In this document: in pieces, positions 41,801 through 63,192 of the stretch
Position numbering within the stretch: position 1 is the stretch's first letter
Layout: the number at the start of each line of letters is the position of its first letter
Assembly (NCBI GenBank): GCA_012295275.1
Contig: CM022675.1
Coordinates: 3,100,001-3,164,000 of the forward strand
Reading direction: 5' to 3'
DNA: 64,000 bases
Origin: Chrysomallon squamiferum
Lineage: Eukaryota > Animalia > Mollusca
The notes under the pieces: model-generated
What the model saw: the letters and a program-made list of their open reading frames with translations, nothing else
The model's database searches: none
What the model was told of the DNA's origin: nothing
Position numbers and translations under genes: made by a program

Positions 41801-44800
41801 TACCAGAAACAACTCAACCTCTAGAGTCTACCAGGAACAACTCAACCTCTTGAGTCTACCAGAAACAACTCAACCTCTAGAGTCTACCAGAAACAACTCA
41901 ACCTCTAGAGTCTACCAGAAACAACTCAACCTCTAGAGTCTACCAGAAACAACTCAACCTCTAGAGTCTACCAGAAACAACTCTACCTCTACCAGAAACA
42001 ACTCAACCTCTAGAGTCTACCAGAAACAACTCAACCTCTACCAGAAACAACTCTACCTCTACCAGAAACAACTCAGCCTCTAGAGTCTACCAGAAACAAC
42101 TCAACCTCTACCAGAAGCAACTCAGCCTCTACCAGAAACAACTCTGCCTCTAGAGTCTACCAGAAACAACTCAACCTCTACCAGAAACAACTCTACCTCT
42201 TGAGTCTATCAGAAACAACTCAACCTCTAGAGTCTACCAGAAACAACTCAACCTCTAGAGTCTACCAGAAACAACTCAACCTCTACCAGAAACAACTCAA
42301 CCTCTAGAGTCTACCAGAAATAACTCTCTACCTCTAGAGTCTACCAGAAACAACTCAACCTCTAGAGTCTATCAGAAACAACTCAGCCTCTACCAGAAAC
42401 AACTCAAGCCTCTAGAGTCTACCAGAAACAACTCTACCTCTTGAGTCTATCAGAAACAACTCAACCTCTAGAGTCTCTACCAGAAACAACTCAACCTCTA
42501 GAGTCTACCAGAAACAACTCAACCTCTACCAGAAACAACTCAACCTCTAGAGTCTACCAGAAATAACTCTACCTCTAGAGTCTACCAGAAACAACTCAAC
42601 CTCTAGAGTCTATCAGAAACAACTCAACCTCTACCAGAAACAACTCAACCTCTAGAGTCTACCAGAAACAACTCAACCTCTTGAGTCTATCAGAAACAAC
42701 TCAACCTCTAGAGTCTACCAGAAACAACTCAACCTCTTGAGTCTATCAGAAACAACTCAACCTCTAGAGTCTACCAGAAACAACTCTACCTCTAGAGTCT
42801 ACCAGAAACAACTCAACCTCTACCAGAAACAACTCTACCTCTACCAGAAACAACTCAACCTCTAGAGTCTACCAGAAACAACTCAACCTCTACCAGAAGC
42901 AACTCAACCTCTACCAGAAACAACTCTACCTCTAGAGTCTACCAGAAACAACTCAACCTCTACCAGAAACAACTCTACCTCTTGAGTCTATCAGAAACAA
43001 CTCAACCTCTAGAGTCTACCAGAAACAACTCAACCTCTTGAGTCTATCAGAAACAACTCAACCTCTAGAGTCTACCAGAAACAACTCAACCTCTTGAGTC
43101 TATCAGAAACAACTCAACCTCTAGAGTCTACCAGAAACAACTCTACCTCTAGAGTCTACCAGAAACAACTCAACCTCTAGAGTCTACCAGAAACAACTCT
43201 ACCTCTACCAGAAACAACTCTACCTCTAGAGTCTACCAGAAACAACTCAACCTCTACCAGAAACAACTCTACCTCTTGAGTCTATCAGAAACAACTCAAC
43301 CTCTAGAGTCTACCAGAAACAACTCAACCTCTAGAGTCTACCAGAAACAACTCCTACCTCTAGAGTCTACCAGAAACAACTCAACCTCTAGAGTCTACCA
43401 GAAACAACTCAACCTCTTGAGTCTATCAGAAACAACTCAACCTCTAGAGTCTACCAGAAACAACTCAACCTCTTGAGTCTATCAGAAACAACTCAACCTC
43501 TAGAGTCTACCAGAAACAACTCTACCTCTAGAGTCTACCAGAAACAACTCAACCTCTAGAGTCTACCAGAAACAACTCTACCTCTAGAGTCTACCAGAAA
43601 CAACTCAACCTCTAGAGTCTACCAGAAACAACTCAACCTCTTGAGTCTATCAGAAACAACTCAACCTCTAGAGTCTACCAGAAACAACTCAACCTCTTGA
43701 GTCTATCAGAAACAACTCAACCTCTAGAGTCTACCAGAAACAACTCTACCTCTAGAGTCTACCAGAAACAACTCAACCTCTAGAGTCTACCAGAAACAAC
43801 TCTACCTCTACCAGAAACAACTCAACCTCTAGAGTCTACCAGAAACAATTCAACCTCTACCAGAAACAACTCTACCTCTAGAGTCTACCAGAAACAACTC
43901 AACCTCTAGAGTCTACCAGAAACAACTCAACCTCTTGAGTCTATCAGAAACAATTCAACCTCTAGAGTCTACCAGAAACAACTCAACCTCTAGAGTCTAC
44001 CAGAAACAACTCAACCTCTAGAGTCTACCAGAAACAACTCAACCTCTAGAGTCTACCAGAAACAACTCTACCTCTACCAGAAACAACTCAACCTCTAGAG
44101 TCTACCAGAAACAACTCAACCTCTACCAGAAACAACTCTACCTCTACCAGAAACAACTCAACCTCTAGAGTCTACCAGAAACAACTCAACCTCTACCAGA
44201 AACAACTCTACCTCTAGAGTCTACCAGAAACAACTCAACCTCTACCAGAAACAACTCTACCTCTTGAGTCTATCAGAAACAACTCAACCTCTAGAGTCTA
44301 CCAGAAACAACTCAACCTCTAGAGTCTACCAGAAACAACTCTACCTCTAGAGTCTACCAGAAACAACTCAACCTCTAGAGTCTACCAGAAACAACTCAAC
44401 CTCTTGAGTGTATCAGAAACAACTCAACCTCTAGTCTACCAGAAACAACTCTACCTCTAGAGTCTACCAGAAACAACTCAACCTCTAGAGTCTACCAGAA
44501 ACAACTCTACCTCTACCAGAAACAACTCAACCTCTAGAGTCTACCAGAAACAACTCAACCTGTACCAGAAACAACTCAACCTCTAGAGTCTACCAGAAAC
44601 AACTCAACCTCTAGAGTCTACCAGAAACAACTCTACCTCTACCAGAAACAACTCAACCTCTAGAGTCTACCAGAAACAACTCAACCTCTACCAGAAACAA
44701 CTCAACCTCTAGAGTCTACCAGAAACAACTCTACCTCTAGAGTTTTCCAGAAACAACTCAACCTCTAGAGTCTATCAGAAACAACTCAACCTCTACCAGA

Positions 44801-45340
44801 AACAACTCAACCTCTTGAGTCTACCAGAAACAACTCAACCTCTAGAGTCTATCAGAAACAGTTCAAACTCTACCACAAACGACTCAACCAATGAGCAGGA
44901 TAGACAAGAAAAGAAAGCTTGCAATAGCCACACAACAGAAACAAGCCGAGTGTCTTGTTAAGCGAAGTCACGTGATTATGAAGGATGGTGCTGTTGGTGA
45001 TAACGTAGCTGTGCCCATTCCGTCTGTTGACAGGGGATGTGGTGATTCCAAAAATATTATAGGTGTTATTTTAGCCGTAGAAAACAGACAATATACCATT
45101 GGTTGCCCTTCTGGTATTCTGAAAGAGAAATATAGTCAACACCAGCTTATGTCCTCAGAGAATGTTGAGTGAATCTGACATTAAAAGTGTGTCACTTCGT
45201 CAAGCCAACAAAAAGGAATCTCAACACGGTGGTCAGAGTTTCGTCAAGTGCAGTTGTAATGGACCTAAGAGATGTCGGAGTAAGTGCTTGTTTAAAAAAT
45301 AATGTTTTGTGTAATAGCAGACGTCACAACAGTGTAAATT
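35802..45340 (+). mobile_element. Decayed Ginger2/KRBA2-like (gypsy-type integrase) DNA transposon interrupted by a satellite
   Basis: GHGG..KELGNKY..CTDCQ, RGQVDLIDMQS, YQDHLTKF, GKPRHTQS*GSVE before the array. VGDNVAVPIPSVDRG..GILKEKYS and a Cys-rich CSCNG..C..CNSR.H end follow it. Multiple stops and frameshifts; termini not resolved (may extend left to ~35110). Confidence 0.8.
36751..44890. repeat. ~8.1 kb tandem satellite of mixed 28-bp and 21-bp units
   Basis: CCAGAAACAACTC(A/T)ACCTCTA followed or not by GAGTCTA; variant ..CTCTTGAGTCTATCAG. Roughly 300 units with very low divergence. Confidence 0.98.
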
Positions 45341-46052
45341 GAAAACACCCTAGAAATATATATTTATATATATATAACAGACTAACTGGGGAAAAGAAAT
45401 GACAAAAATAATAAAATAAAAGATAAATAATTAGTACTTACTATTAACACAAACAGCAGTGTGATGGGTACTACAGTTACCAACTAAAAATGAGAAGCTG
45501 CCGTTTTGGAATTTTTGTAACAACACACAGCCATTTTGTATTTCATTTATATTAACGATCTGATTATCTGAAATTAAAATAAATGTTTATTTAATACAAG
45601 AAATTATAACCATGTACAATGAATATGTAAAGAACAAACATATATATGTATATATATATAATAGTAATAATCAAATCATATCAACCAAAAACTACTATTA
45701 CTACTATTAATAATAACAATAACAATAATAAAAACAGTAACAATAGAATTTAAAAATAACAAAATACCTCTCTGACAGAAAATAAACAAGCAAAACAACC
45801 CAAACGAACCAAAAAACAATAAAGAACAACAACCAGCAAAAAAATAAAATAAAATAAAATAAAATAAAATAAAATAAAATAAAACAATAAACGAAGAACA
45901 AAATTTGTTTTAAAGACCTTTCGATGTTACATGCAATTCACTGAAATAACTGTCAATCCAAACTATTTGTTTGTCACGTTTTAATCCAATCCAGTACGGG
46001 GATCCATCACCCCACAATCTTCGTCTTATTGTTTCATTATTGTTTGTGCTTG

Positions 46053-46252
46053 NNNNNNNNNNNNNNNNNNNNNNNNNNNNNNNNNNNNNNNNNNNNNNNN
46101 NNNNNNNNNNNNNNNNNNNNNNNNNNNNNNNNNNNNNNNNNNNNNNNNNNNNNNNNNNNNNNNNNNNNNNNNNNNNNNNNNNNNNNNNNNNNNNNNNNNN
46201 NNNNNNNNNNNNNNNNNNNNNNNNNNNNNNNNNNNNNNNNNNNNNNNNNNNN
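46053..46252. other. Assembly gap (200 N)
   Basis: N run that cuts an exon of gene D. Confidence 1.
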
Positions 46253-47563
46253 CAATTACTAAACCATATATAAATATGTGAAGATAAGAAAACTGAAGTG
46301 TTTCAAAAGTGAAGAAAAACAACAAAATTTAAATTGTATGACAGAATGAAAATATCAGATGTTAGAATTGTTTTATTTACAAGTAGAATTTCCATAGAAA
46401 GTTACATCTGCTTTTGAAATTCAGTTGTGATTATGTGCGTGTTTGTATGTGGGTACAGACATGCTTGACTTAAAAAACACAGGTTACCTATTTATTTTCA
46501 TTTATTTCCGAAAAAAATTTTGTATAATAATATTTCTTTCAGCTCAAACTGATTTTTGAATTTTAAAATATTTGTTAAACTTGATTTTAGTCTCATAACA
46601 AACAATTAAATTTGTATAAAAAACAGTAAAATATATATAAAGTGTCATAGATATTACCATTCATGATTGTGTGATCAGTAAACTGAGATATACTTGTGTA
46701 AACACTGTGATATCATGAAGTTAACTTGAAGTTTGTGACGTACAAATAGAAACAATCACAAATATTACTGAAATAAATTTGTTGTGTGGTGTGTTCGAAT
46801 GTAAAAAGACTAACACATGTTAAAAGTTTTATTCATGTTGACTTTGTGATGTTCAAGGTTTGTGACAGAAGAATTTAAACAGAGCATCACATACCACACA
46901 GTTTGTATTTGTCAAGCTATTTCAGTGTTTATGAACTATAATAATGCGATGAACTCAAAAGCTTTGGCGTGACCCAAAGAACTTTTTTTTTACTTCACTA
47001 TTGTTAAGTTATTATTGCATTATAAACAATAGAACAAATATACAAATGATTGTTTTATAATGTCAAATTTTGGAAAAGATAGAGGAAGTATACAGTAACA
47101 GTTGAAATTATACAAATTTTCACAATAACGATATACTCTTTATACTTGATTATAAAAAAAAAATAATAATAATAAAAAAGTAAAAATAAAAGTGTTTACC
47201 TCGATGTCAGACAAATTTGTATTTTTAATAATATTTTATGAGACATTTTTAAATGTTATTCTGTGAAGAATGAATTGTGTTTTACTGCTGTTTATTTACT
47301 TCTTTTTTGAGTATTTTTATTAAACAATTTTATTTTTATGAATATTTTATTGTGTTAACTAGGAACAAAAAAAATCACTTTTGTACATCAGATCAGTGAA
47401 ATAGTTTTGAAAACTAATCATTGAGAAAATATTTCAAATTAAACACCATACAGCATGCCTTAATCAGTTTTATTTTATATATTCAAATATTTAAATTTAT
47501 AACAATACAAATAAAGAAATAAACAAATAGACAAAGAAAAAAAAAGTATTATTATTATTATTA

Positions 47564-47617
<54 letters not shown>

Positions 47618-49845
47618 ATCTTTTTTTTTTTAAATTTTTACTAATTTTAAAATTCCGTTAAAAAGGTGCTTTAACATAAACCAAATATTTTTAATTTCTT
47701 CAGATATTCCATATATTTCTTCAATCATAAAATATAATAAATTATGCTATGCAATTTCAGAAAGTTTAGTATGAGATAAACTTATAGTAAGTTTAACATC
47801 AAATATATCATGCCAAAGATTTTTAACAAGATTAATATTCGAAGAATTGTTATTAAAAAAGCATACAACAAAGCCAAACTCAGAAATGATAAAAAAAAAA
47901 AAAAAAAAAAAAAAACAACAACAAAAAAAAACAGGATTTGTTGAAAAATATTTTATTCGTAAATAAAAATACGTAATCATTTTAGTAATGTAACAATATA
48001 AAAAGAAGGCCTTAGAATCAGTTTTGTCTTAAACATAGAAATTAAATTTTTAGATTATGAAGTTATGAAAGTGTACAAAAGTAAAATAATACTCACAAAA
48101 CTTGATTGAGTTAAAAATGATTGTCAAAAGTTAGAACCTCTGCACAGTTCTGACAGTGATACATCTTATCAAAAATCTATCATCAGATAATCATTTTCTA
48201 ATTTTTAGACCACTTTGGTTCTAAGCACTCATTAATTTTGTTAATTAACTTTCTGTTTAATAATATTGTAATTATTATTATAAAATGTATATAAATTATA
48301 CATTCATTAGAGACTTTATGTACAAAGCAGAGATATATTGTCTACGTTTTATATTTTCAAATAATTTTGTTAACTTGGCTAATGTTTATATGAGAATGTG
48401 AGGGAAAATTTGATATAAACAAGAATGATTTTATACCAGTTATATACACCAGGTCTTCCTTTGTTAGTAAAGAAAACAAATTTAATGCAGACATTATTTA
48501 AAAATATACTGAAAATAAAAAATAAAATAAAAAATACAAAGAAAAAAGTAAGTGTATTTGACTTCTCCCATTCTTATCAAGTAATTTAATTTATTTGTCT
48601 TAAGTTCTTATCTATAAACAATTTATGAAATAGAAAATTTATTGTTAAGAATGAACTTGCTACCACTCTGTAATGAAATTGTTGGTTTATATTAGCTGTG
48701 TCATGGATGAATGTTTTGCAGTATAAAACTGTGTCAGTCCAGTTTACTGTATTATTATGAAATAATGTTTAATGTTGTAATGTTAAAAACAAGAGAAATT
48801 GGTAGTATATAGTAAGTTGATTATTGTTAAATTTAGTGTCGTAGTCATTGACAAGTCTATGCCAGGATAAGCAGTTGCAAGTGATCTTTTCTGTACATAA
48901 ATTATATATACTATCCAATCAAATACTGTGATGCAATTACAACTAGGCAATTAATCTAGGTGATTTTTTTATTTATTTTAAATCTATTTGTTTCTGTATA
49001 AAACTACAAAATACAGTAGCTTTATTCTGAGGTTTCAATAAAAAAAAAACTTTAGAAGGAAATGGGTTTTTATTTCATTATTTAAAAAAAAACATTAATG
49101 TGTTAATTTTATTGCATGATAAAAACTGATTGATAGGAGAGGTTTCACTATAAAATGTTCTAATTAAAACCAGATAACTCTTGTATCTATTAATTTAAAT
49201 TATAAACTGATTGTACAAAAACACATGCTCACAGAAACAGATATACAGATAGATGTAGTTTATACTCATGCATACATACATACATACATACAGACGAAAT
49301 ACATACATTTATGTACGTTTGAATATATACATATTTGCACACATCTCTGCATGCAGATTTTTTTATATCATATTCTATGTATATCTGTATACATATGTAG
49401 ACCCATACATCTCTGTTTTCTATGTCTAATTATCTATCTATCTGTCTGTGTGTCTATCTGTGAAGCTATCTGTCTATCTATATCTATCTATCTATCTATC
49501 TATCTGTCTATCTCATTACAGAAATATACACACACAGTTATATTTGGCACCTAATAGCAGAACAAAAAATTGTATCATTAAACAATATTTTGCTTACTGA
49601 TCAAATGCAAACTACTAATTATTCACAGAAATATACAACTACCCTTCAAAGCTAAAATTGTCACTTATTTTACTAATTCCAGTTCCAACCCCTGATGTTG
49701 ACATGTTTCCTAATATTTCAGATTATTGTAAAATGATTGTCTGTCTGTTAATACCAGTTTTGAACAGTCTTCACTTCCTTGATGATAAAATAATTTGAGA
49801 AAAGGAGGAGTGGTTTAAAAATTAAAGAGAAACCAACAATAATTA

Positions 49846-49893
<48 letters not shown>

Positions 49894-50071
49894 AACTGAA
49901 GGATTGTAGAAGACAAAAGTAATTTTTTGTTACATTTGTGTAATTCAGAGCTGGTCACACACAACATATCTCCTGTTCCAGCCAGTACCAAGTGACTGGT
50001 TTTCCCTGTCTATGAGCGGGTACATATCTTGTTAATAATAAGAAAGAGTAGTACGTGTTGTGGGAACATAA

Positions 50072-57770
<7,699 letters not shown>

Positions 57771-58499
57771 GACACCCTGTTAACTGTACAAGGAAGTAAA
57801 ACATTGATCTATTTTTACAACACCCGTTTTTCGAGAAGATTAGTTTTGTAAAACGGTATAACGACTTCAAAAACTCCAGTAATACACGAACATATTTATA
57901 CGTAGATGATCGTAATTACCGAGGTAGTTAATACGTTTGAAATCTTATGTTAGACTGTTCATTAAAACACTTTTGTGTTTAACAAACCAGGAAGTGAACA
58001 GTGTGTCTGCTGTCCTAGAAAGAAAATAACTCACACGTCTGCATTAAACAAACTTGCTAAATATAGACTAACTACCTGTTTGTTTTGTGTTCGTTTTTAT
58101 GATGAAGATGAAATGTGTCGATGATAAAAGCTATAATTATAATAATTCTGCCTTTATTATGAAGATGACGACCACGATGATGATTATAATTAAGATGATG
58201 TTGTTATTATGTTATGATCACGATCATGATGATAGAAAATTTAATGATTTTGATAATAATGAGAAATATAGAAGGACTGAAATTATTTAAATAGTTAAAG
58301 ACACTAGAATTTGTGTTTAATGTGATTATTGTACTACGTTTTCTGCCTAGAACAAGAAAGTAATACACACAAAGATACATACATATACATACACTACAGA
58401 CACAAATATAGTTATAGTCATTCACAAATACACGCATACGCACGTACATTCACACACACGTACATAGACACATACAGAAACATATCCACCTCTGTCAGT

Positions 58500-59150
58500 A
58501 TGTATACACACGTGTTTATGTGTCTGTATGTATTTCTCTGTATGTTTATGTTTATATATACACACGTGTTTATGTGTCTGTATGTGTATGTTTATATATA
58601 CACACATGTTTATGTGACTGTATGTATTTCTCTGTATGTGTATGTTTATATATACACACATGTTTATGTGTCTGTATGTATTTCTGTGTGTATGTTTATA
58701 TATACACACATGTTTATGTGTCTGTATGTATTTCTCTGTATGTGTATGTTTATATATACACATGTGTTTATGTGTCTGTATGTATTTCTCTGTATGTGTA
58801 TGTTTATATATACACACGTGTTTATGTGTCTGTATGTATTTCTCTGTATGTGTATGTTTATATATACACACGTGTTTATGTGTCTGTATGTATTTCTCTG
58901 TATGTGTATGTTTATATATACACACGTGTTTATGTGTCTGTATGTATTTCTCTGTATGTGTATGTTTAGATATATACACATGTCTATGTGTCTGTATGTA
59001 TTTCTCTGTATGTGTATGTTTATATATACACACGTGTTTGTGTGTCTGTATGTATTTCTCAGTATGTGTATGTTTAGATATATACACACGTGTTTATGTG
59101 TCTGTATGTATTTCTCAGTATGTGTATGTTTATATATATACAAGTGTTTA
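58500..59150. repeat. 54-bp minisatellite, inverted copy of the array at ~16990-17730
   Basis: Unit TGTGTATGTTTATATATACACACGTGTTTATGTGTCTGTATGTATTTCTCTGTA. Confidence 0.9.
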
Positions 59151-59757
59151 TGTAGATGCACATATATACCTACGTTCATATTTAACACAGAAACACGATG
59201 ACATAAACTGTATAACAATTATTCCGTCACTGCTGTCCACTTTTCTCTGTTTCTTTTCCTTTTCAGTTTTTTAATATTTCATTTGATGACCTCTTTTTCT
59301 TTCTACCTCTTGTTATATTTCGTTAACACAAATAGAAAACTGAATAACGCAAGCTAATTTAAAATTGATATTTTAAACTGAACAACAAAGAAACAGATGA
59401 TTTATAAAAATAAATAAATAATAAATAAAAAGAACACACAGAAAACAGGTTTAGCAAGTTTATTTTCTTTTAAGGATAGCAAAGTCTGATGTAAGATTTC
59501 AAACGAGAAATAACTCGGAATAATTGTTATACAGTATATACCAGTGTGTTTCTGTGTGTATATAAATGTAGGTAGATGTGTGCATCTAATCAAACACATG
59601 TGTATGTGTTTGTATGGTTACATATAGGTAGTTCTGTGGTGTTACTATAGTTTTTAAAGTTGCTATATCGTTTTACAAAATTATTTTTAGTTTGTGACAG
59701 ACCGGTATTGTTAAACACAGATAATGTTTTACTTCTTTGTACAGGTCACAAGGTGTC

Positions 59758-62059
59758 ATGGCTGACCTGTGGATTAAAAGTCGTCTGCTTCTGACAGTTT
59801 TTGGCGGGATTTTATATCAGCTGTTTTCCGTGTCAGGTAAAATATTTCAATTACAAACGAAATAATTTTTTTGATTTCTATATTTTGCGATCGATTACAT
59901 TAGTTTTATAAGCAAATATATTCTGTTTCATTACAGCTACTCTGCGTGTATTAAATAACGTTACATGGGATACTGCAGTTTATGCATGTCACGAACGTGG
60001 AGAACAACTGTACAGTACGTCAGATATTACATTACTGAGTGACGTCACAGCTGGATCTTATTGGATTGGAGCTAAAGTTCAGTACAGTTCATGGATGTGG
60101 ACAGGTGATATAAATCATTGTTTTATTGTACTTTGCAGTTACGATTAGAAATAAGCACACCGACAGTTATGACTACTGTAAATATTCAGCTGTATTGAAT
60201 TTATATTACAGCATAACATGAACACATTTATCGTTGTGTGTGTGTGTGTGTGTGTGCATATATAAACATCACAAAAAAGAATATCAGTATAAATCTACAT
60301 GTTAGTATTTTATAATAATGTGCATTTATTGACGTTACAAACGCTATAACAAAATGGAAAATTAAAAAGTAGATTTTATTAAAGATGAGCGTCGATATTT
60401 TTTCTCCCTGTAGACAGATAATATCTAGTCACGTGATATAAAATTGGTTACATAACGAAGGTGTGTTTAACCCAATCAGCTGAGTGAGATAATTATACTG
60501 CATTTAAGACTTTTTTATCCCTCACATTTATTATTATTTGTAAGCATTTGTTTTGTTTGATTTTTGTTTTTGTTGTTTGTTTTTTGTTTTCTTTATTTTT
60601 ATTATAATAATACTGCGGATTTATGATAACGATCATCATCACCATTATTATTATTAGTAGTAGCAGCAGCAGCAGCAGTAACAGTAGTAATATAAGTGTT
60701 AGTGTTTTTATAATTTGGTAAATATACTATTGTCCTGATAATTTTTCGTAAAGTTTCTTGCTTAAAGAAATTCATGTCATTATATATGCATGTGAATATG
60801 CATGAGTTTATATCAGACTGCACTTTATATACAAATTTATTCCTTATATTAAAAGAAAATTCAAAATCAGCTGCATTGAACAAATCTAGTTATGTTTACA
60901 GCGGATAACACACCACTGTTTCATTACATTGGAGAAGTGAATGAATCACAGTCTGTACAGTTTTATCAAATCAAATATGACAACCAGGCAAGCCGATGTT
61001 ACTACGAATGTAAACAAAAACGTATTGCAAGTGTAACATATGTGGGATTGCAGGTTAGCAGTTTATATGATAAATTAAATATTTTGGTTATTAAGCTCTC
61101 TCACATATACACAGATACATACCATAGTAACACATAGACAAAAATAAAAAACACACAAACAGACACACATTCATAGGAACATATAAAAAACATACACACA
61201 TACACAGTAACATTTACAAACCACACACACATACTCACAGTGTAACGCAGACACAAACACACACAGTAACATACAGAAACATACACAGACATTGTAACAC
61301 ACACACACCGGTTTTCTTGATAATCGAGTGTGGGCAAAAAAGCCCCATTAATTCGACTTTCGTCGGCTGCATCTGATGTTTGTGACTGGACTCCGTCCTG
61401 TACTGAACATAATAAACTGATTATGAACTAACAATAAACTGTCTATACGCTATTGTGAATAATTAACTATTACCGGTTTTAAAACAATCATTTGAGACTC
61501 TTAAGGATTTGAAAGACATCTTTCTTAGTTGGCCTAATGGAGCCTGAAATCACTCATCAGCCTCAAAATACCCCTGCAGTCCCAAAACACCCTCCTAGAT
61601 ATGTAGACATACACCTTTAAATAGAATTAAATACAAATAATTATAACATTTAGTTGAGTTAAACAGTATTTATTTTCAATAATTACAAGAGAGGTGAAAA
61701 CCATAGAGTAATCCTTTCTAAATTCTGCTTGAGCTTCAAATAGTATATCAGTGTTTCAAGATAAATTCTAGTGTATCACAGTAGTGAGAACACTTTCCAC
61801 GAAAACTAAAAACGTAACAGACCACAGTTTTCGGAATTATTTTCATCAGGTTAAAAACATGAATGTGTGAAAACATAACATGGACTACAAACACTGATAC
61901 TTGAGCAATATCATCTCTCTTGGATACTTTAGTTGTTATCCACCCAAAATATTTATAAGGAAAAAGTGGCTCAAATATGTTTGGTATCTCTTTCCATCCT
62001 TCCATCCATACATCCATATATTCGTACATGCACATACAGACACAGATGCATCCATCTAT

Positions 62060-62109
<50 letters not shown>

Positions 62110-62735
62110 ATACAGAGAAACAGTCGTGGGGGTGGAGTTTTGAGGCTGCTACATCTGTTGTTGCTTTCTGTAGGTTTCTTTTTTCTGGTTCTGTTTATAT
62201 CTTCCTTCTTTTTTGTCTACATGCTACATTTAACGTATACTTTCACTAGTTTGATAAATTCTTTTAGTTTATAACGGATTAATGTTTCGATAATTTAATA
62301 AAAATACTTCTTTTTTTAAACGAACATAATTAAAAGTAAAAGATACAATAATTTTTTTTTTTAAATTGACAATAAAATATAGTTTTATTACAGGGAGATA
62401 AGTGCTACTGTCTTAGGTTTTGGAATCAGTTTTCACATCGATTTCTTCTCAGACAAAATAAAAGTGTTTGTTTGGGAAACTTCAATGAAAACTGTGGGAC
62501 TGAAAACACAATGAGTGTTTATAAAATAGGTAACGTTTTACTTCCATTTGCTCATTAATATACAACATCTCCACATTTACTTCGTAAATTAGAGATCAGA
62601 AATGATGGTGGTAACAAAACAAGACCCAACTGATATATGTCTTTTAAAATTTATCTGCCCGAGTATACACATATAGAAAAACAATTAATAAAATAACATT
62701 GATTTGCTAATGGGCTAGATCTTTTGTACACTATA

Positions 62736-62790
<55 letters not shown>

Positions 62791-63192
62791 TACATATATT
62801 TAAGAAAACTATGAGAAAAATACATATAGGATTTGTATTTACTCTCTCTGTCTCTCAATGATTTTTGTTAATATCAATTATAATTATATTCTATAGCTGT
62901 TATTGCCACTCATACTACTAAAATTACCATTTAAGCAACTGCTACTATTACTACTACAACAACTACTACTATTACTACTTGTAATATAACTATTTCTACT
63001 GTTTCGAATCCTCCACGGTTACTATTATGTACATAATTTATTTATTTATTTTATTTTATTATGTTTTGTTTACAGATATAACTGTTCATTTGGATATTCA
63101 CGGTCTATGTGGATATGTTAAACAAAATCCGTACAGATTAATAATGAAAACAGAAGAGAACTGTGAGATAAAAAAAGGATTCATTTGTAACT
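59758..63192 (+). CDS. Gene F (5' part): SP-CTLD[WSC]; continues off the right edge
   Basis: Exons 59758..59836 (MADLWIKSRLLLTVFGGILYQLFSVS), 59937..60104, 60902..61053, 62394..62529 and 63076..63192, all open with GT/AG. The following intron (63400-64000) is the reverse complement of B intron ~10780-11300. Confidence 0.85.
61680..61860 (-). mobile_element. Possible ancient LINE reverse-transcriptase fragment in an intron of F
   Basis: Broken reading ..KVFSLL..RIYLET..ILFEAQAEFRKDYS resembles the non-LTR RT motif KLF..IL..RL..YLE...L...QxGFR. Confidence 0.25.

Larger units (their letters stand above)
32457..46052 (-). pseudogene. Gene D (3' part): CTLD2-stalk-TM-tail; 5' part lost in the gap; tail frameshifted
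   Basis: Exons 45942..>46052 (..LWGDGSPYWIGLKRDKQIVWIDSYF), 45442..45567, 34825..34881, 34252..34359, 33701..33754, 33343..33418 (TM) and 32457..33023. A 1-nt deletion near 32975 gives ..NTRESDL* before the Tyr motifs. The ~10.5 kb intron holds the integrase element and satellite. Confidence 0.75.

Noticed and set aside
36751-44890. 28-bp repeat array as a CRISPR array or a mucin-like coding exon
   Set aside because: Units are head-to-tail with no unique spacers, there are no cas genes and the context is eukaryotic. The 28-mer shifts frame and brings frequent TAG/TGA stops.
45971-46325. ORFs containing X runs
   Set aside because: Artefacts of the N gap.
46253-50000. Hidden gene between the gap and gene E
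   Set aside because: No credible exons; it is largely the 3' flank shared with B and D plus low-complexity insertions.
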